From positions 1 through 64,000 of the forward strand of contig JAQBGU010000202.1 in assembly GCA_032128375.1 (NCBI GenBank): a stretch of DNA of 64,000 bases, read 5' to 3'. How positions within the stretch are numbered: position 1 is the stretch's first letter; every line of letters starts with the position of its first letter. Of this stretch, positions 1 to 9,176 are shown piece by piece. Source of the DNA: Deltaproteobacteria bacterium (GTDB lineage: Bacteria; Myxococcota_A; UBA9160; SMWR01). The position numbers were made by a program, and so were the translations under genes. The notes beneath the pieces were generated by a model, which ran no database searches, had not been told where the DNA came from, and worked only from the letters and a program-made list of their open reading frames with translations.

Positions 1-2
1 CC

Positions 3-815
3 GGCTACGGCCTCATCGAAGGTCCGCGAATAGATGACGAAGACCGCCTCTACTTCAGCGATGTCCGCCGGGGTGGGGTCTATCGGCGGTCTCCCGATGG
101 CAAAGTCGAAACTGTAGTGCCGAAGCGCCGTGGCGTTGGCGGCATCGCGCTACATGCCGCCGGTGGCATCGTGATCTCGGGTCGAAACATCTGCCACGTG
201 CGCGACGGCGAAACCCGGATCGTATTCGATCTCGAAGACACCCCGGGGTTCAACGATCTGTTTACCGACGCACAGGGGCGTGTGTATACCGGGTCGATGC
301 GCAGCAACCCGTTCGGTGATCTCGAAGGTCCGCGCACAGCGGGCGAGCTATACCGAATCGATGCCGATCGCAAAGGCGTCGAGTTGTATGGAGATGTCAG
401 CCTGACCAACGGAATCGGATTCTCGCCGGACGGCGCGACGATCTATCACAGCGATAGCGCTCGCAACGAGGTCATCGCACACGATATTGACTCGGACGGA
501 GCTTGCCATGGCCGGCGTACGTTCGCGAAGGCGCCGCGGGGCTTCCCCGATGGCCTCGCCGTCGACGAGGCCGGTGGTGTTTGGATCGCGGCCTACAACG
601 GCGGATGCGCGACCCGCTTTGCGCCGGATGGACAGCTGGATCGGCACATCGAAGTTGCCGCCAAGGCAGTCACGAGCTTGGCGTTCGGCGGCGCCGACCT
701 GCGCGATCTCTACATCGTCAGCGCCGACAACACAGACGACGCGTCATTGGGTGGCAGCATCTTCTCGACGCGCGTCGAGATTCCGGGGCTCGCAGCCCCC
801 CCGGCCCGCGTCTAA
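3..815 (+). CDS. SMP-30/gluconolactonase/LRE family protein (5'-truncated by window edge)
   Basis: Frame is open from position 3 (GYGLIEGPR..LYFSDV); motifs FND..D.QGR.Y.G, NGIGFSPDG, PDGLAVDEAGGVW, TSLAFGG.DL. Confidence 0.9.
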   Translation, partial: GYGLIEGPRIDDEDRLYFSDVRRGGVYRRSPDGKVETVVPKRRGVGGIALHAAGGIVISGRNICHVRDGETRIVFDLEDTPGFNDLFTDAQGRVYTGSMRSNPFGDLEGPRTAGELYRIDADRKGVELYGDVSLTNGIGFSPDGATIYHSDSARNEVIAHDIDSDGACHGRRTFAKAPRGFPDGLAVDEAGGVWIAAYNGGCATRFAPDGQLDRHIEVAAKAVTSLAFGGADLRDLYIVSADNTDDASLGGSIFSTRVEIPGLAAPPARV

Positions 816-826
816 GGTCCGTGAAT

Positions 827-1327
827 ATGTCCTCGATCGACTCGCATGAACCGCACGACCCCGATGACCACAGGGATTCTCAAAAACCCCTCGAATTCGA
901 CGATTGGGTCGTGGGCTACAGCGTGACAGTCGGAAGCTGTGTTGTCGCGCTTGCGGACGCAATCGCGTTCGCGCGTCGCTGGGAGCCTCAACCCCACCAC
1001 GTCGACCCGGATGCGGCGCGCAGTTCGATCTATGGCGGCATTACGCTGTGTTCCCTTCAACTGTTCGCAATCTGCACCCGGCTGTTCTTCGACTGGGAGG
1101 CCCAGCCGGCGGTGCTCGCCATGCTAGGCAAGGATGAAATTCGGCTACCGAAGCCGGCTCGCCCAGACGAGAAGATCGTTTATCGCACGGAATGCATAAG
1201 CGCCCGCGAGTCGCACTCGAAGCCAGATCGGGGTGTCGTCACGCTGCTCGATACCCTGAGCGATCCCAGCGGCGCCGCGGTTCTGACCCAGAAGGTCACG
1301 TTGCTGGTCCCGCGACGGGCGGGTTGA
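827..1327 (+). CDS. MaoC-like hotdog-fold dehydratase
   Basis: FARRWEPQPHHVD..AA..SIYGG; EIRLPKPARPD; KPDRGVV; ATG at 827. Confidence 0.8.
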   Translation: MSSIDSHEPHDPDDHRDSQKPLEFDDWVVGYSVTVGSCVVALADAIAFARRWEPQPHHVDPDAARSSIYGGITLCSLQLFAICTRLFFDWEAQPAVLAMLGKDEIRLPKPARPDEKIVYRTECISARESHSKPDRGVVTLLDTLSDPSGAAVLTQKVTLLVPRRAG

Positions 1328-1407
1328 TCGCCGGTGGACGTGTGCGCGCCGAAGGGCGCTTTACTCGACCGTTTTATTCGACATAGGCGGTACGAAGGGG
1401 GGCGCGG

Positions 1408-2082
1408 ATGCAAGGCCTGCGCACGGACGCGCGCGTAGCGCTACCTGACGGGGACGCATTGCTGATTGACGGGTTCATCGAGCCCAGCGCTGCAGACTCA
1501 TACCTCGAGTGCCTGCTCTCAGACGTCGCCTGGCAGCAGCACGAAATTCGGATCTTCGGACGCCGCGTCGCGACGCCCCGCTTGTCGGCCTGGTATGGGG
1601 ACCGGGGCGCTCGCTACTGCTATTCGGGGGTGGTGCTCGAATCGCTTGGCTGGCTTCCGGCGATCGCCGAATTGAAAGCGCAGATCGAGTCGCGAAGCTC
1701 GGGGTGGCTGCCTTCTGCGGCTTACAGCAGCCACGACTCCAACTCGCATGGCTCTTTCAACCCCAGCTCAGACAAGTACAACAGCGCACTGCTGAATTTG
1801 TATCGGAACGGGTCGGACAGCATGGGATGGCACAGTGATCATGAGCCAGAACTCGGCGACCGACCGGTGATCGCGTCGCTGAGCTTTGGAGCGGCCCGTA
1901 CCTTTCGGTTGAAGCACCGGTCCCGGCCCGACCTCGCCCCGGTTGCGCTGACGCTTTCACATGGGTCGTTACTGATCATGTACGGAGACACCCAGAAAAA
2001 CTGGAAGCACGCGATCCCGAAATCGTCGAATGTCTCCGAGCCCAGGGTGAACCTGACATTCCGGTTCGTGCAGCCGCGTTGA
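1408..2082 (+). CDS. alkB: AlkB-family 2OG-Fe(II) dioxygenase (ALKBH2/3-like)
   Basis: PRLSAWYGD, LNLYRNG.DSMGWHSD (HxD), WKHAIPK, RVNLTFR. Confidence 0.9.
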   Translation: MQGLRTDARVALPDGDALLIDGFIEPSAADSYLECLLSDVAWQQHEIRIFGRRVATPRLSAWYGDRGARYCYSGVVLESLGWLPAIAELKAQIESRSSGWLPSAAYSSHDSNSHGSFNPSSDKYNSALLNLYRNGSDSMGWHSDHEPELGDRPVIASLSFGAARTFRLKHRSRPDLAPVALTLSHGSLLIMYGDTQKNWKHAIPKSSNVSEPRVNLTFRFVQPR

Positions 2083-2297
2083 AAACCATTTGGGGTCCCG
2101 GTTCCAGATGGCCTGTTCGAACCCTGATCCGCGGCCTTGGCGCGCAGTGTGTCCCAATCGGCCGGTTGCTATCCAGATTCATCCGCGCAACGTACACATT
2201 CCCTTCGCGTTAGAACTCACTCACATGGACGTTGCAGCCGAGCCGCACCTGCGAGTTCTCGTCGTCGCAAGCGCGCCATTGAGATACCGTTGCGTGC

Positions 2298-4541
2298 ATG
2301 GGGATTGTGGGCCTCGTCGACCAGAAGGGGCCGATCGTGCTGGGCGCCATTGCGCTCGCGATCGTGGTGGGGGCGATGCTCCACCTCGCGGGCCGCCCGC
2401 TTTCGACCGACGATTTCTGGTGGCACCTGAAGATGGGCGAGATCTATGCCACCCAGGGTCTCGACCTGACTGAAGATCCGATCAGCTTCAACGCCCAGGC
2501 TGCCCCAGAACCGAACCAATGGCTGTTCGGAGTCGCACTGCACCACGCCAGGCAGATTGTGGGTTTGCAAGGGCTGCGCGCGATTCACGTATTGATCGTC
2601 GCGGCGATCATCTGGCTGGCATTCTCGAGTTTACGACGAGTCAGTGCGTCGACCCCGATTGCATGTGGGGCAACCATTGCGTGGCTCGCCATGTCGTGGT
2701 GGAGACTGTTTCAGTTTCGACCCGACCTGCTGAGCATCGCGGCCACGCTGGCCATTTACCGCCTGCTCTTTGAAGGCTGGTACGTCGACGACGCGACACG
2801 CCCCGGCGCTCCGAATGCGAATCCAGCGGCTTTGCCGGACTCACCATCCTGGACGAAGGTGGGCGCCGCGGTCGCGCTGCTGGTAGTTTGGGCGAATTCG
2901 CACGCGCTGTTCGCGATCGGTCCGGCGCTGATGGTGGCCGCGTTGCTGGGCTGTGCGCTGATGGAGCTGCTTCGCATCCGGGTCGTAGCGCCGCACCGCT
3001 CGGATCGTTCTGTCCAAGCGACGCCAGGCACTGCCGCCATCGCGCAGAGGTTGGCTGTGGCGCTGGGTCTGGGGTTGATCGCAACGTTGTTGAACCCGCG
3101 TGGGATCGACCAGCACCTGACTTTTTTCCAGTCGGCCGGCTCGTCGGCACTGTGGCGGGTGCGGGACGAGTGGAGCCACTTCAGTCCGATCGAGCCGGAC
3201 GGCTACGGGCCCGCGATGAGCCCCGTTTCGTTCTTGACGACCGATGGGGTGATGGTGGGGTTCGCGATCGCAGCGGGCTTCGCGTTCTGGCGATTCTGGC
3301 AGCGCCGCGATCACTGCGCCATCGATCTGTTTTGCCCGGTTGCGTTCGGACTGGGATTGGCCGGCATCGTCGCGATGGGGGTAGCCGTTCGCTTCCTGTG
3401 GATGGGTGTGTTTCCACTGCTGTATCTGCTCCGATTCATCCGCGCCCGCGAACCATCGCGGACAGCCGTGAGCGGACCGTCGGGTCAGTCGCGGAGAGCG
3501 TGGGCCTGCGCGGTGCTCAGCGCGCTGATCGCCGTTGGGTTGTTCCGCGCATCCAATTATCAGGCTGCACTCGCAAGTGTTCCGGCGGGACCGTCGCAAT
3601 ACATCACGAACGCGTTCGATCGCGACAAGTACTACCAGATCGGGGTTGATTTTCTGCGAGAAACGGGTCTGGAGGGGCGCCTGTTCAACTCCTACGCGAT
3701 GGGAGGTTTTGTCGCGTATTGGCTGTCGCCAGCGCTGCTGACCTTCGTCGACGGCAGAATGAATTTCCCCGCCGAAGTGCTCCACGATTACAAGACCGTC
3801 ACCCTGCAACGGGCATCACCGAGTGAGACGTTCCTCGACGTGCTGGACCGACGGGGCGTGGACGTCTTCTTTGGGGTCGGTGTACCTACCGGTCCGCGCA
3901 ACACCGAGACCACGTTGTACACGACCGCAAGCCTCGAGCGCAGTTCCAACTGGCGGTTGGTCTCCCGGTCGATGCGCCATGCGATCTACCTTCGCGATGT
4001 GCCGAACCATTCCCGATACCAACAAAACCTCGATCGGGTAGATGCCTACTATCGAGCCGAGGGGGTGCCGTTTGATCGCCGTCTCGGTCTCGACATCAGC
4101 GAAGTCATCGCGCAGCGGCCGGATTGGGCCGTCCGACACAACCTGTTGCCGAACCAATACGAAGCCTTGCTGACTGCAACCCGCAGCGCAGAACCCGCGG
4201 TTCGGGTCGCCGCACTCGAAGGTCTCGGGCTCTCGTTCGCGTTGGCCGGAGCTTATCGGGAACAACTCGAAGTCGATGGCGTCGCCGCGGCGTTGCGCCC
4301 CCGCGCCAAGCCGCCGCTGCGACGGTTGGTCTACGCATTGCTCCGGCTCGACCAGCCGAATCGAGCCGTCGAGGTGGCCGAGCGCTTGACCCGGCTCGAC
4401 CCCGCAGACCCGCGCTCCCGAGCCTTCGCCAACGCCGCGGGCGCGTACCTCAAGGGCAGTCGGGCCGGGTTGCGCGACGGTCGACACCACGGCGTCCCCC
4501 AAGACGCGCTGATCAACGTGCTTCCGTTGCTGCCAGACTGA
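2298..4541 (+). CDS. Polytopic membrane protein, GT-C-like N-terminus with TPR-like C-terminus
   Basis: DDFWWHL..G after the first TM, RPDL and WANSH motifs, about 11 hydrophobic helices, FVDGR periplasmic domain, helical repeats at the C-terminus. Confidence 0.7.
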   Translation: MGIVGLVDQKGPIVLGAIALAIVVGAMLHLAGRPLSTDDFWWHLKMGEIYATQGLDLTEDPISFNAQAAPEPNQWLFGVALHHARQIVGLQGLRAIHVLIVAAIIWLAFSSLRRVSASTPIACGATIAWLAMSWWRLFQFRPDLLSIAATLAIYRLLFEGWYVDDATRPGAPNANPAALPDSPSWTKVGAAVALLVVWANSHALFAIGPALMVAALLGCALMELLRIRVVAPHRSDRSVQATPGTAAIAQRLAVALGLGLIATLLNPRGIDQHLTFFQSAGSSALWRVRDEWSHFSPIEPDGYGPAMSPVSFLTTDGVMVGFAIAAGFAFWRFWQRRDHCAIDLFCPVAFGLGLAGIVAMGVAVRFLWMGVFPLLYLLRFIRAREPSRTAVSGPSGQSRRAWACAVLSALIAVGLFRASNYQAALASVPAGPSQYITNAFDRDKYYQIGVDFLRETGLEGRLFNSYAMGGFVAYWLSPALLTFVDGRMNFPAEVLHDYKTVTLQRASPSETFLDVLDRRGVDVFFGVGVPTGPRNTETTLYTTASLERSSNWRLVSRSMRHAIYLRDVPNHSRYQQNLDRVDAYYRAEGVPFDRRLGLDISEVIAQRPDWAVRHNLLPNQYEALLTATRSAEPAVRVAALEGLGLSFALAGAYREQLEVDGVAAALRPRAKPPLRRLVYALLRLDQPNRAVEVAERLTRLDPADPRSRAFANAAGAYLKGSRAGLRDGRHHGVPQDALINVLPLLPD

Positions 4542-4585
4542 TGGCCCGCGAGAATGTGCATCGATTCGAGAAGAAGGGAAGCCCG

Positions 4586-5098
4586 ATGCTGACTCGGTTG
4601 GCCGTGCTGGCCTCGTCGATGGCGGTTCTGGTTGGGCTCGGCGGCTACTTCTATCGACCTGGGGCACCGCCTCTGGTCTTCGTCGCCCACCGCGTGCATG
4701 ACATCGACCCTTTGAATGAAACGCCGCGGCTCGTTCTCGCGGTGATCTTCGGCAATGACGGAGCCGATCCGATCGAGCTCACCGCAGCGCCCAGGCTCCG
4801 GGTGCGATCAGTCAATTCAGGTGGGGAGCAAAGCGTTCGCCCTGACCTGCACGCTGGGGCCGCCGTTCGCATCCCGCCCGGCGCTAGCGTCGAACTGGTC
4901 TACGACCTGTGGCAAGTCGGCAATCTGTACGAACAAGGACTATTCCGGGAGCTTCGCGATTCGCCGGCGGATATGCGCTTCAAGCTCGAGGTCGAGACAG
5001 ACTCGGGTCTGTGTCGATCCGATGAATGGTCCAACGTGACATCGGGAAGCGACGTGGGTGAATTGTTACTGAATCTGCGCGGCGGTGTGACTCTCTAG
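4586..5098 (+). CDS. Hypothetical membrane-anchored/exported protein
   Basis: N-terminal hydrophobic helix then a beta-rich domain; purine-rich RBS; alternative ATG at 4541 overlaps the upstream stop (TGATG). Confidence 0.6.
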   Translation: MLTRLAVLASSMAVLVGLGGYFYRPGAPPLVFVAHRVHDIDPLNETPRLVLAVIFGNDGADPIELTAAPRLRVRSVNSGGEQSVRPDLHAGAAVRIPPGASVELVYDLWQVGNLYEQGLFRELRDSPADMRFKLEVETDSGLCRSDEWSNVTSGSDVGELLLNLRGGVTL

Positions 5099-5214
5099 TC
5101 CGCGCCGGTGTAGGTGAAGGATTTTCAAGAAATGTGCGCTGGGAGTCGGCGCGGTGGCGCGGTAGAGTGCCAGCTCTACCGCAGGCGACGACGGTGAAAT
5201 TCGAAGAATTCGCG

Positions 5215-6228
5215 CTAACCATCCGACACGCGGGCGACCTCGTCCCTTTCGAATTCGACCAGCGCACGGCCGTCGCCGCAGGTCACTCCGCATCCTGGTT
5301 CGGCGCTGCCGATTCGTGCGGCTTCGAAGCCCGCACCCGCTAGGGACCGCAAGGCCACGTCGACGCGGCTCGGCGGAAATGCCGCCAGCAAGCTACCGGA
5401 CGCGAGTGCGCCCCAAGGGTCGGCACCGAGCGCTCGGCAGACCCTGACGCCGGGCTCAAACCAAAGAATCGAGTGCTCGTCGATGTGGAGCAGGACGTCC
5501 GATGCTCGGGCGAGTTCGTAGAGACCAGACGAGAGCCCTCCTTCAGTCGGATCGTGCAGCGCCGTTGCACCGCATTGCGCTGCCAGCAGCGCGGGTTCCA
5601 CCACAGAAATCCCCGGTTCGCGAAGAGCCGCGCTGGCGCGCGCGAGCAGATCGGGGGGTAGCTGCGATTCGCGCGAGGCGCGTTCGGCGAGTACCACGGC
5701 TGCTTCCACCGGAGCGCGTCCGACTTGGAGCACCACATCTCCCGTCGTACAACCACCGGTCGGGACGATCTGCCGATTCGGGCTGAAGCCCATCATCTGG
5801 CCGACGACGACAGGCTGCGAAACCACACCCGTGATCTCGGTGTGCCCGCCCACGAGAGTCGCTCCGACTTCGTCCAATGCACCGCGAACTGAAGCGAACA
5901 GCGCGCGAACTTCGGATTCGGTGGTGCCGATGGGTAGCAATAGGGTGGCCATGAACCAGCGCGGTCGGACGCCCATGACCGCGATGTCGTTGGCGTTGAT
6001 GATGACGGCGAACGAACCAACCTCGCTGCCTGCGAGTGTGATCGGATCTGTGGCGGCGACCAGTGTTCCCTCTGGCACGTCGATCGCGCAGGCGTCTTCA
6101 CCAATCGCTGGCCCGAGTCGAATGGTCTCTCGAGCTGGGCGATCGGAACTGCCCTCGACCTCGAATTCCCGGAGGAGTTCGCTGAGAAGTTCTTTGGGGA
6201 GTTTCCCGGTTCGCAGTTCATTGTTCAC
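5215..6228 (-). CDS. AIR synthase-related (PurM/HypE/ThiL superfamily) protein
   Basis: GKLP, GEDAC, ATDPIT, NANDIAVMG, GGHTEIT, LHDPTEGGL, LASGSLL. Confidence 0.85.
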   Translation of the reverse strand: MNNELRTGKLPKELLSELLREFEVEGSSDRPARETIRLGPAIGEDACAIDVPEGTLVAATDPITLAGSEVGSFAVIINANDIAVMGVRPRWFMATLLLPIGTTESEVRALFASVRGALDEVGATLVGGHTEITGVVSQPVVVGQMMGFSPNRQIVPTGGCTTGDVVLQVGRAPVEAAVVLAERASRESQLPPDLLARASAALREPGISVVEPALLAAQCGATALHDPTEGGLSSGLYELARASDVLLHIDEHSILWFEPGVRVCRALGADPWGALASGSLLAAFPPSRVDVALRSLAGAGFEAARIGSAEPGCGVTCGDGRALVEFERDEVARVSDG

Positions 6229-6459
6229 TCAGTGCATGGTACTGAGGTCGTTCCACAGTGTCTGCCAGTGTTTTTCGGCTGCGTCGGCGGCTTCCAGCAT
6301 CGACTCGCCAAGCGCGATGATCAGCTTACTCGATCGGGTACCGGCGCCGGGCACCCGGACGACGGCTACCCAGGCGTTGGGTCGGTCATTTCGCTTCGGT
6401 GTTTGGTAGAAGCGTCCATTGACTTGCTGCATCCAGATTACGGCCTGATCCAGCGTCAT
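6229..6459 (-). CDS. Small hypothetical protein (76 aa)
   Basis: GGAG RBS; stop abuts the GTG of the downstream gene; protein-like composition. Confidence 0.65.
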   Translation of the reverse strand: MTLDQAVIWMQQVNGRFYQTPKRNDRPNAWVAVVRVPGAGTRSSKLIIALGESMLEAADAAEKHWQTLWNDLSTMH

Positions 6460-6719
6460 CTCTGCTCCGTCTGCTCCGCAGTGCGTCCGCTACTTTCCAG
6501 TTTCCATCGCAACGCTGTTAGTCGTGTTCGGTGAACTCGATTATGGATCGACTCACGCAAGCCAGGTTGAAATTGCGCGGGCAGGCGGCAGTCTGGGATC
6601 GCGCGCACGCAAGCCGTGTGCAAAGTCGGCCGGACGCGTCCGCTGCGAATGAGTGATCGGAATGCTTCTTCATGTCCAGACACCGGTCGGATCTCGACGC
6701 CATCCGGTGAGCTGGCTGT

Positions 6720-7472
6720 TCAGTGGACGGGTGCCAGCGGCTCTTTCTCCGACTCGAGCTGGCTCACGAACAGCTCTCGGATTCGCAGCGTGAGTTGCTC
6801 GACCGGCTCGTTCGCGAACGATTCGTAGGGGATCGCATCGAGCACGCGAATGCAGATCTCGTGGCGGCCCTGGAAAACCAACCCCTTCTTGGGTAACGCC
6901 GAAGCCGTACCTTCCACAACGATCGGGAGCAGCGGCATGTGGGTGTCCTTGGCGAGTTCGAAGGCACCGGCTTTGAACTGGCGCAGCCGGCCCGTCGACG
7001 ACCGTGTGCCCTCGGGAAACATCATGATCGAACTGCCAGAATTGAGCGTCATGCGGCACGCGCGGAGCATCTTGATGATGCTCGCCCGGTCACCGCGACG
7101 CAGTTCGATGTAGCGGTTCAAGCGCATGTTCCAGCCGACACACGGAATATTGAAGTTCTCGATCTTCGACACCCACTTGAAGTGCGCGAACAACCGGAAC
7201 AGCACCAGAATATCCAGCAGCGACTGGTGATTGGCGATCATCACATAGGTCTGGCTGGATTCGATTTTCTCGCGTCCGATGACTGTCACGGGCCAGACCG
7301 GATTCAGCCAGGTGTACATCGAAGCCCAGAAGCAGGTCAATCGGTGGAGCACGACCAGTCGCGCGTCGAAGGGAACCGTCACGATCCAGCACAGCAGTGC
7401 GACTGGGAACATGGCGATCGACGAAAGTCCCATGAAGAGCCAGAACAGGCCAGAACCTGCTACTCGAAGCAT
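6720..7472 (-). CDS. plsC: 1-acyl-sn-glycerol-3-phosphate acyltransferase
   Basis: NHQSLLD (HX4D), FPEGTRS, FKAGAF, N-terminal TM. Confidence 0.9.
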   Translation of the reverse strand: MLRVAGSGLFWLFMGLSSIAMFPVALLCWIVTVPFDARLVVLHRLTCFWASMYTWLNPVWPVTVIGREKIESSQTYVMIANHQSLLDILVLFRLFAHFKWVSKIENFNIPCVGWNMRLNRYIELRRGDRASIIKMLRACRMTLNSGSSIMMFPEGTRSSTGRLRQFKAGAFELAKDTHMPLLPIVVEGTASALPKKGLVFQGRHEICIRVLDAIPYESFANEPVEQLTLRIRELFVSQLESEKEPLAPVH

Positions 7473-7476
7473 GCGG

Positions 7477-8187
7477 CTAGTATTCCGTGTCCTGCGCCGG
7501 TGTGCACGCAATCACGAAGGCTCGAAACAGCGCATCAGAGCCATCGAGCTTCTCCGGATGCCACTGCACACCCACGCAGAAGTGAGATCCCTCGCGTTCG
7601 ATGGCTTCGATCAGCCCGTCCTCCGCGCGCGCACAGACCCTCATCTCAGCGCCGGGGGTTGCGACGCCCTGGTGATGAAGACTGTTGACCCAGATGGGAG
7701 CCTCACCGAGCGCGCCGGCGAGCCTGGAATTCGCTTCGATCCGGACGGGATGGCGACCCGTCGAATGAGTGAGCTGGTGTGTGTCCGCGCTGGGAAGATC
7801 GGTCGCAATGTCGTAGTGAAGGCTGCCGCCCGCCGAGAGCGCCAGCAGCTGCATGCCGTAGCAGATCGCCAAAACGGGCGTCCCACGCTTGATCGCCGAA
7901 CCGAGTAGAGCGGAATCGAAATTCAGCTGTGATTGGGGTACCGGATCGAACTCGACACCCGACGGGTACGGGTCCGGCGGGAGTAGATCGTCGCCGCCTG
8001 GCAGTAACAGACCATCGAACTGCTCGATCAGTGCCTCCGGATCGGACTGAGGCGGAAGGTAGAATGGCGTAGCGCCTGCGCGTTCGATGGCCTGCGCATA
8101 GGCTGCGTCGATGTAATGATAATCGCGTGCGGCCTTCCAACGGCCGCGCGCATCGAGGCATAACGGTATGCCGATTCGCGGTCGCAC
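7477..8187 (-). CDS. Gamma-glutamyl-gamma-aminobutyrate hydrolase family (peptidase C26) glutamine amidotransferase
   Basis: RPRIGI, DGLLLPGG.D, AICYGMQLL, VNSLHHQGV, GVQWHPE; GTG start inferred. Confidence 0.88.
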   Translation of the reverse strand: MRPRIGIPLCLDARGRWKAARDYHYIDAAYAQAIERAGATPFYLPPQSDPEALIEQFDGLLLPGGDDLLPPDPYPSGVEFDPVPQSQLNFDSALLGSAIKRGTPVLAICYGMQLLALSAGGSLHYDIATDLPSADTHQLTHSTGRHPVRIEANSRLAGALGEAPIWVNSLHHQGVATPGAEMRVCARAEDGLIEAIEREGSHFCVGVQWHPEKLDGSDALFRAFVIACTPAQDTEY

Positions 8188-8313
8188 GATTCGGAGTATA
8201 CCCTCGGCGTGCGCTATTACGCGCAGGGTACTTCGGGCCGGGTACTTCGGGCCGGTCAGGTGCCGAGTTCCCAAGGACAGATTTCAGAGCGCTTGACTCG
8301 TGTGGGGGGGCCG

Positions 8314-9162
8314 ATGGCCAGGGTGCTGATTGCGGGCTGCGGTTATGTAGGATCAGAACTGGGCGAGCAACTCGTTCGCGATTCTCATGACGTCTGGGGA
8401 TTGCGGCGTAATCCGCGGTCGCTGCCGCGCGGTATCCAACCCATCGAAGCGGATCTCGCCGGACCAGATGCCTGCGAGGATATTCCGCCCGACCTCGACT
8501 GGATCTTCTATCTGGTCTCGCCCAGCGGTTCTGAAGACGCGATGTATCGCCGTGCCTACATCGAGAACCTGCACGGGTTGCTCGCTGCATTGGACCGTCA
8601 GGGTCAGGTGCCCAAACGCCTGTTGTTTGCGTCGAGTACAGCCGTCTACGAGCAATCTGATGGCGACTGGCTCGACGAGTCTTCGCCAGCGATTCCGGAA
8701 CACTTCAGTGGAAGGCGCTTGCTCGAAGCAGAGCAGATTGCGCTGAACTCGCCGGTTCCGGCGGCGGTCGTTCGTTTCGGCGGCATTTATGGTCCTCGCC
8801 GAACTCGCTTGATCGATCGCGTACGCGCTGGGCAGGCGGTGTATCGCGTGGACCCGCCACAGTTCAGCAACCGCATCCACCGTGACGATTGCGCCGGCGC
8901 GCTCCGGCATCTGGTCGAACTCGACGAACCGCAGTCTGTCTATCTAGGCGTCGACTGCGAGCCCACCGACCAACGCACGCTATTCAACTGGCTGGCGGGC
9001 GTAATGGGATCGCCCGAGCCCCGGCCGGCTGAATCGGGCGAAGCCACTTCGGCCCGCGGCAACAAGCGCTGTCGCAATGACCGCTTGATCAAATCTGGCT
9101 ATACCTTTCGCTACCCGACGTTCCGCGAGGGCTACCGCGCAGTGCTCGAGGGTGGTGGCTAG
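8314..9162 (+). CDS. Extended SDR / NAD-dependent epimerase (YeeZ-like)
   Basis: VLIAGCGYVG, ASSTAVY, RFGGIYGP, NRIHRDD, YPTFREG. Confidence 0.88.
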   Translation: MARVLIAGCGYVGSELGEQLVRDSHDVWGLRRNPRSLPRGIQPIEADLAGPDACEDIPPDLDWIFYLVSPSGSEDAMYRRAYIENLHGLLAALDRQGQVPKRLLFASSTAVYEQSDGDWLDESSPAIPEHFSGRRLLEAEQIALNSPVPAAVVRFGGIYGPRRTRLIDRVRAGQAVYRVDPPQFSNRIHRDDCAGALRHLVELDEPQSVYLGVDCEPTDQRTLFNWLAGVMGSPEPRPAESGEATSARGNKRCRNDRLIKSGYTFRYPTFREGYRAVLEGGG

Positions 9163-9176
9163 GAACCCGACCCAAG

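Noticed and set aside
1346..1365. Intrinsic terminator-like hairpin GCGCC-GAAG-GGCGC-TTT
   Set aside because: Short stem and only three Ts; too weak to call.
5215..6228. SelD, HypE or ThiL assignment
   Set aside because: No N-terminal Cys/Sec-x-x-Lys of SelD, no C-terminal PRIC of HypE, and no supporting gene context.
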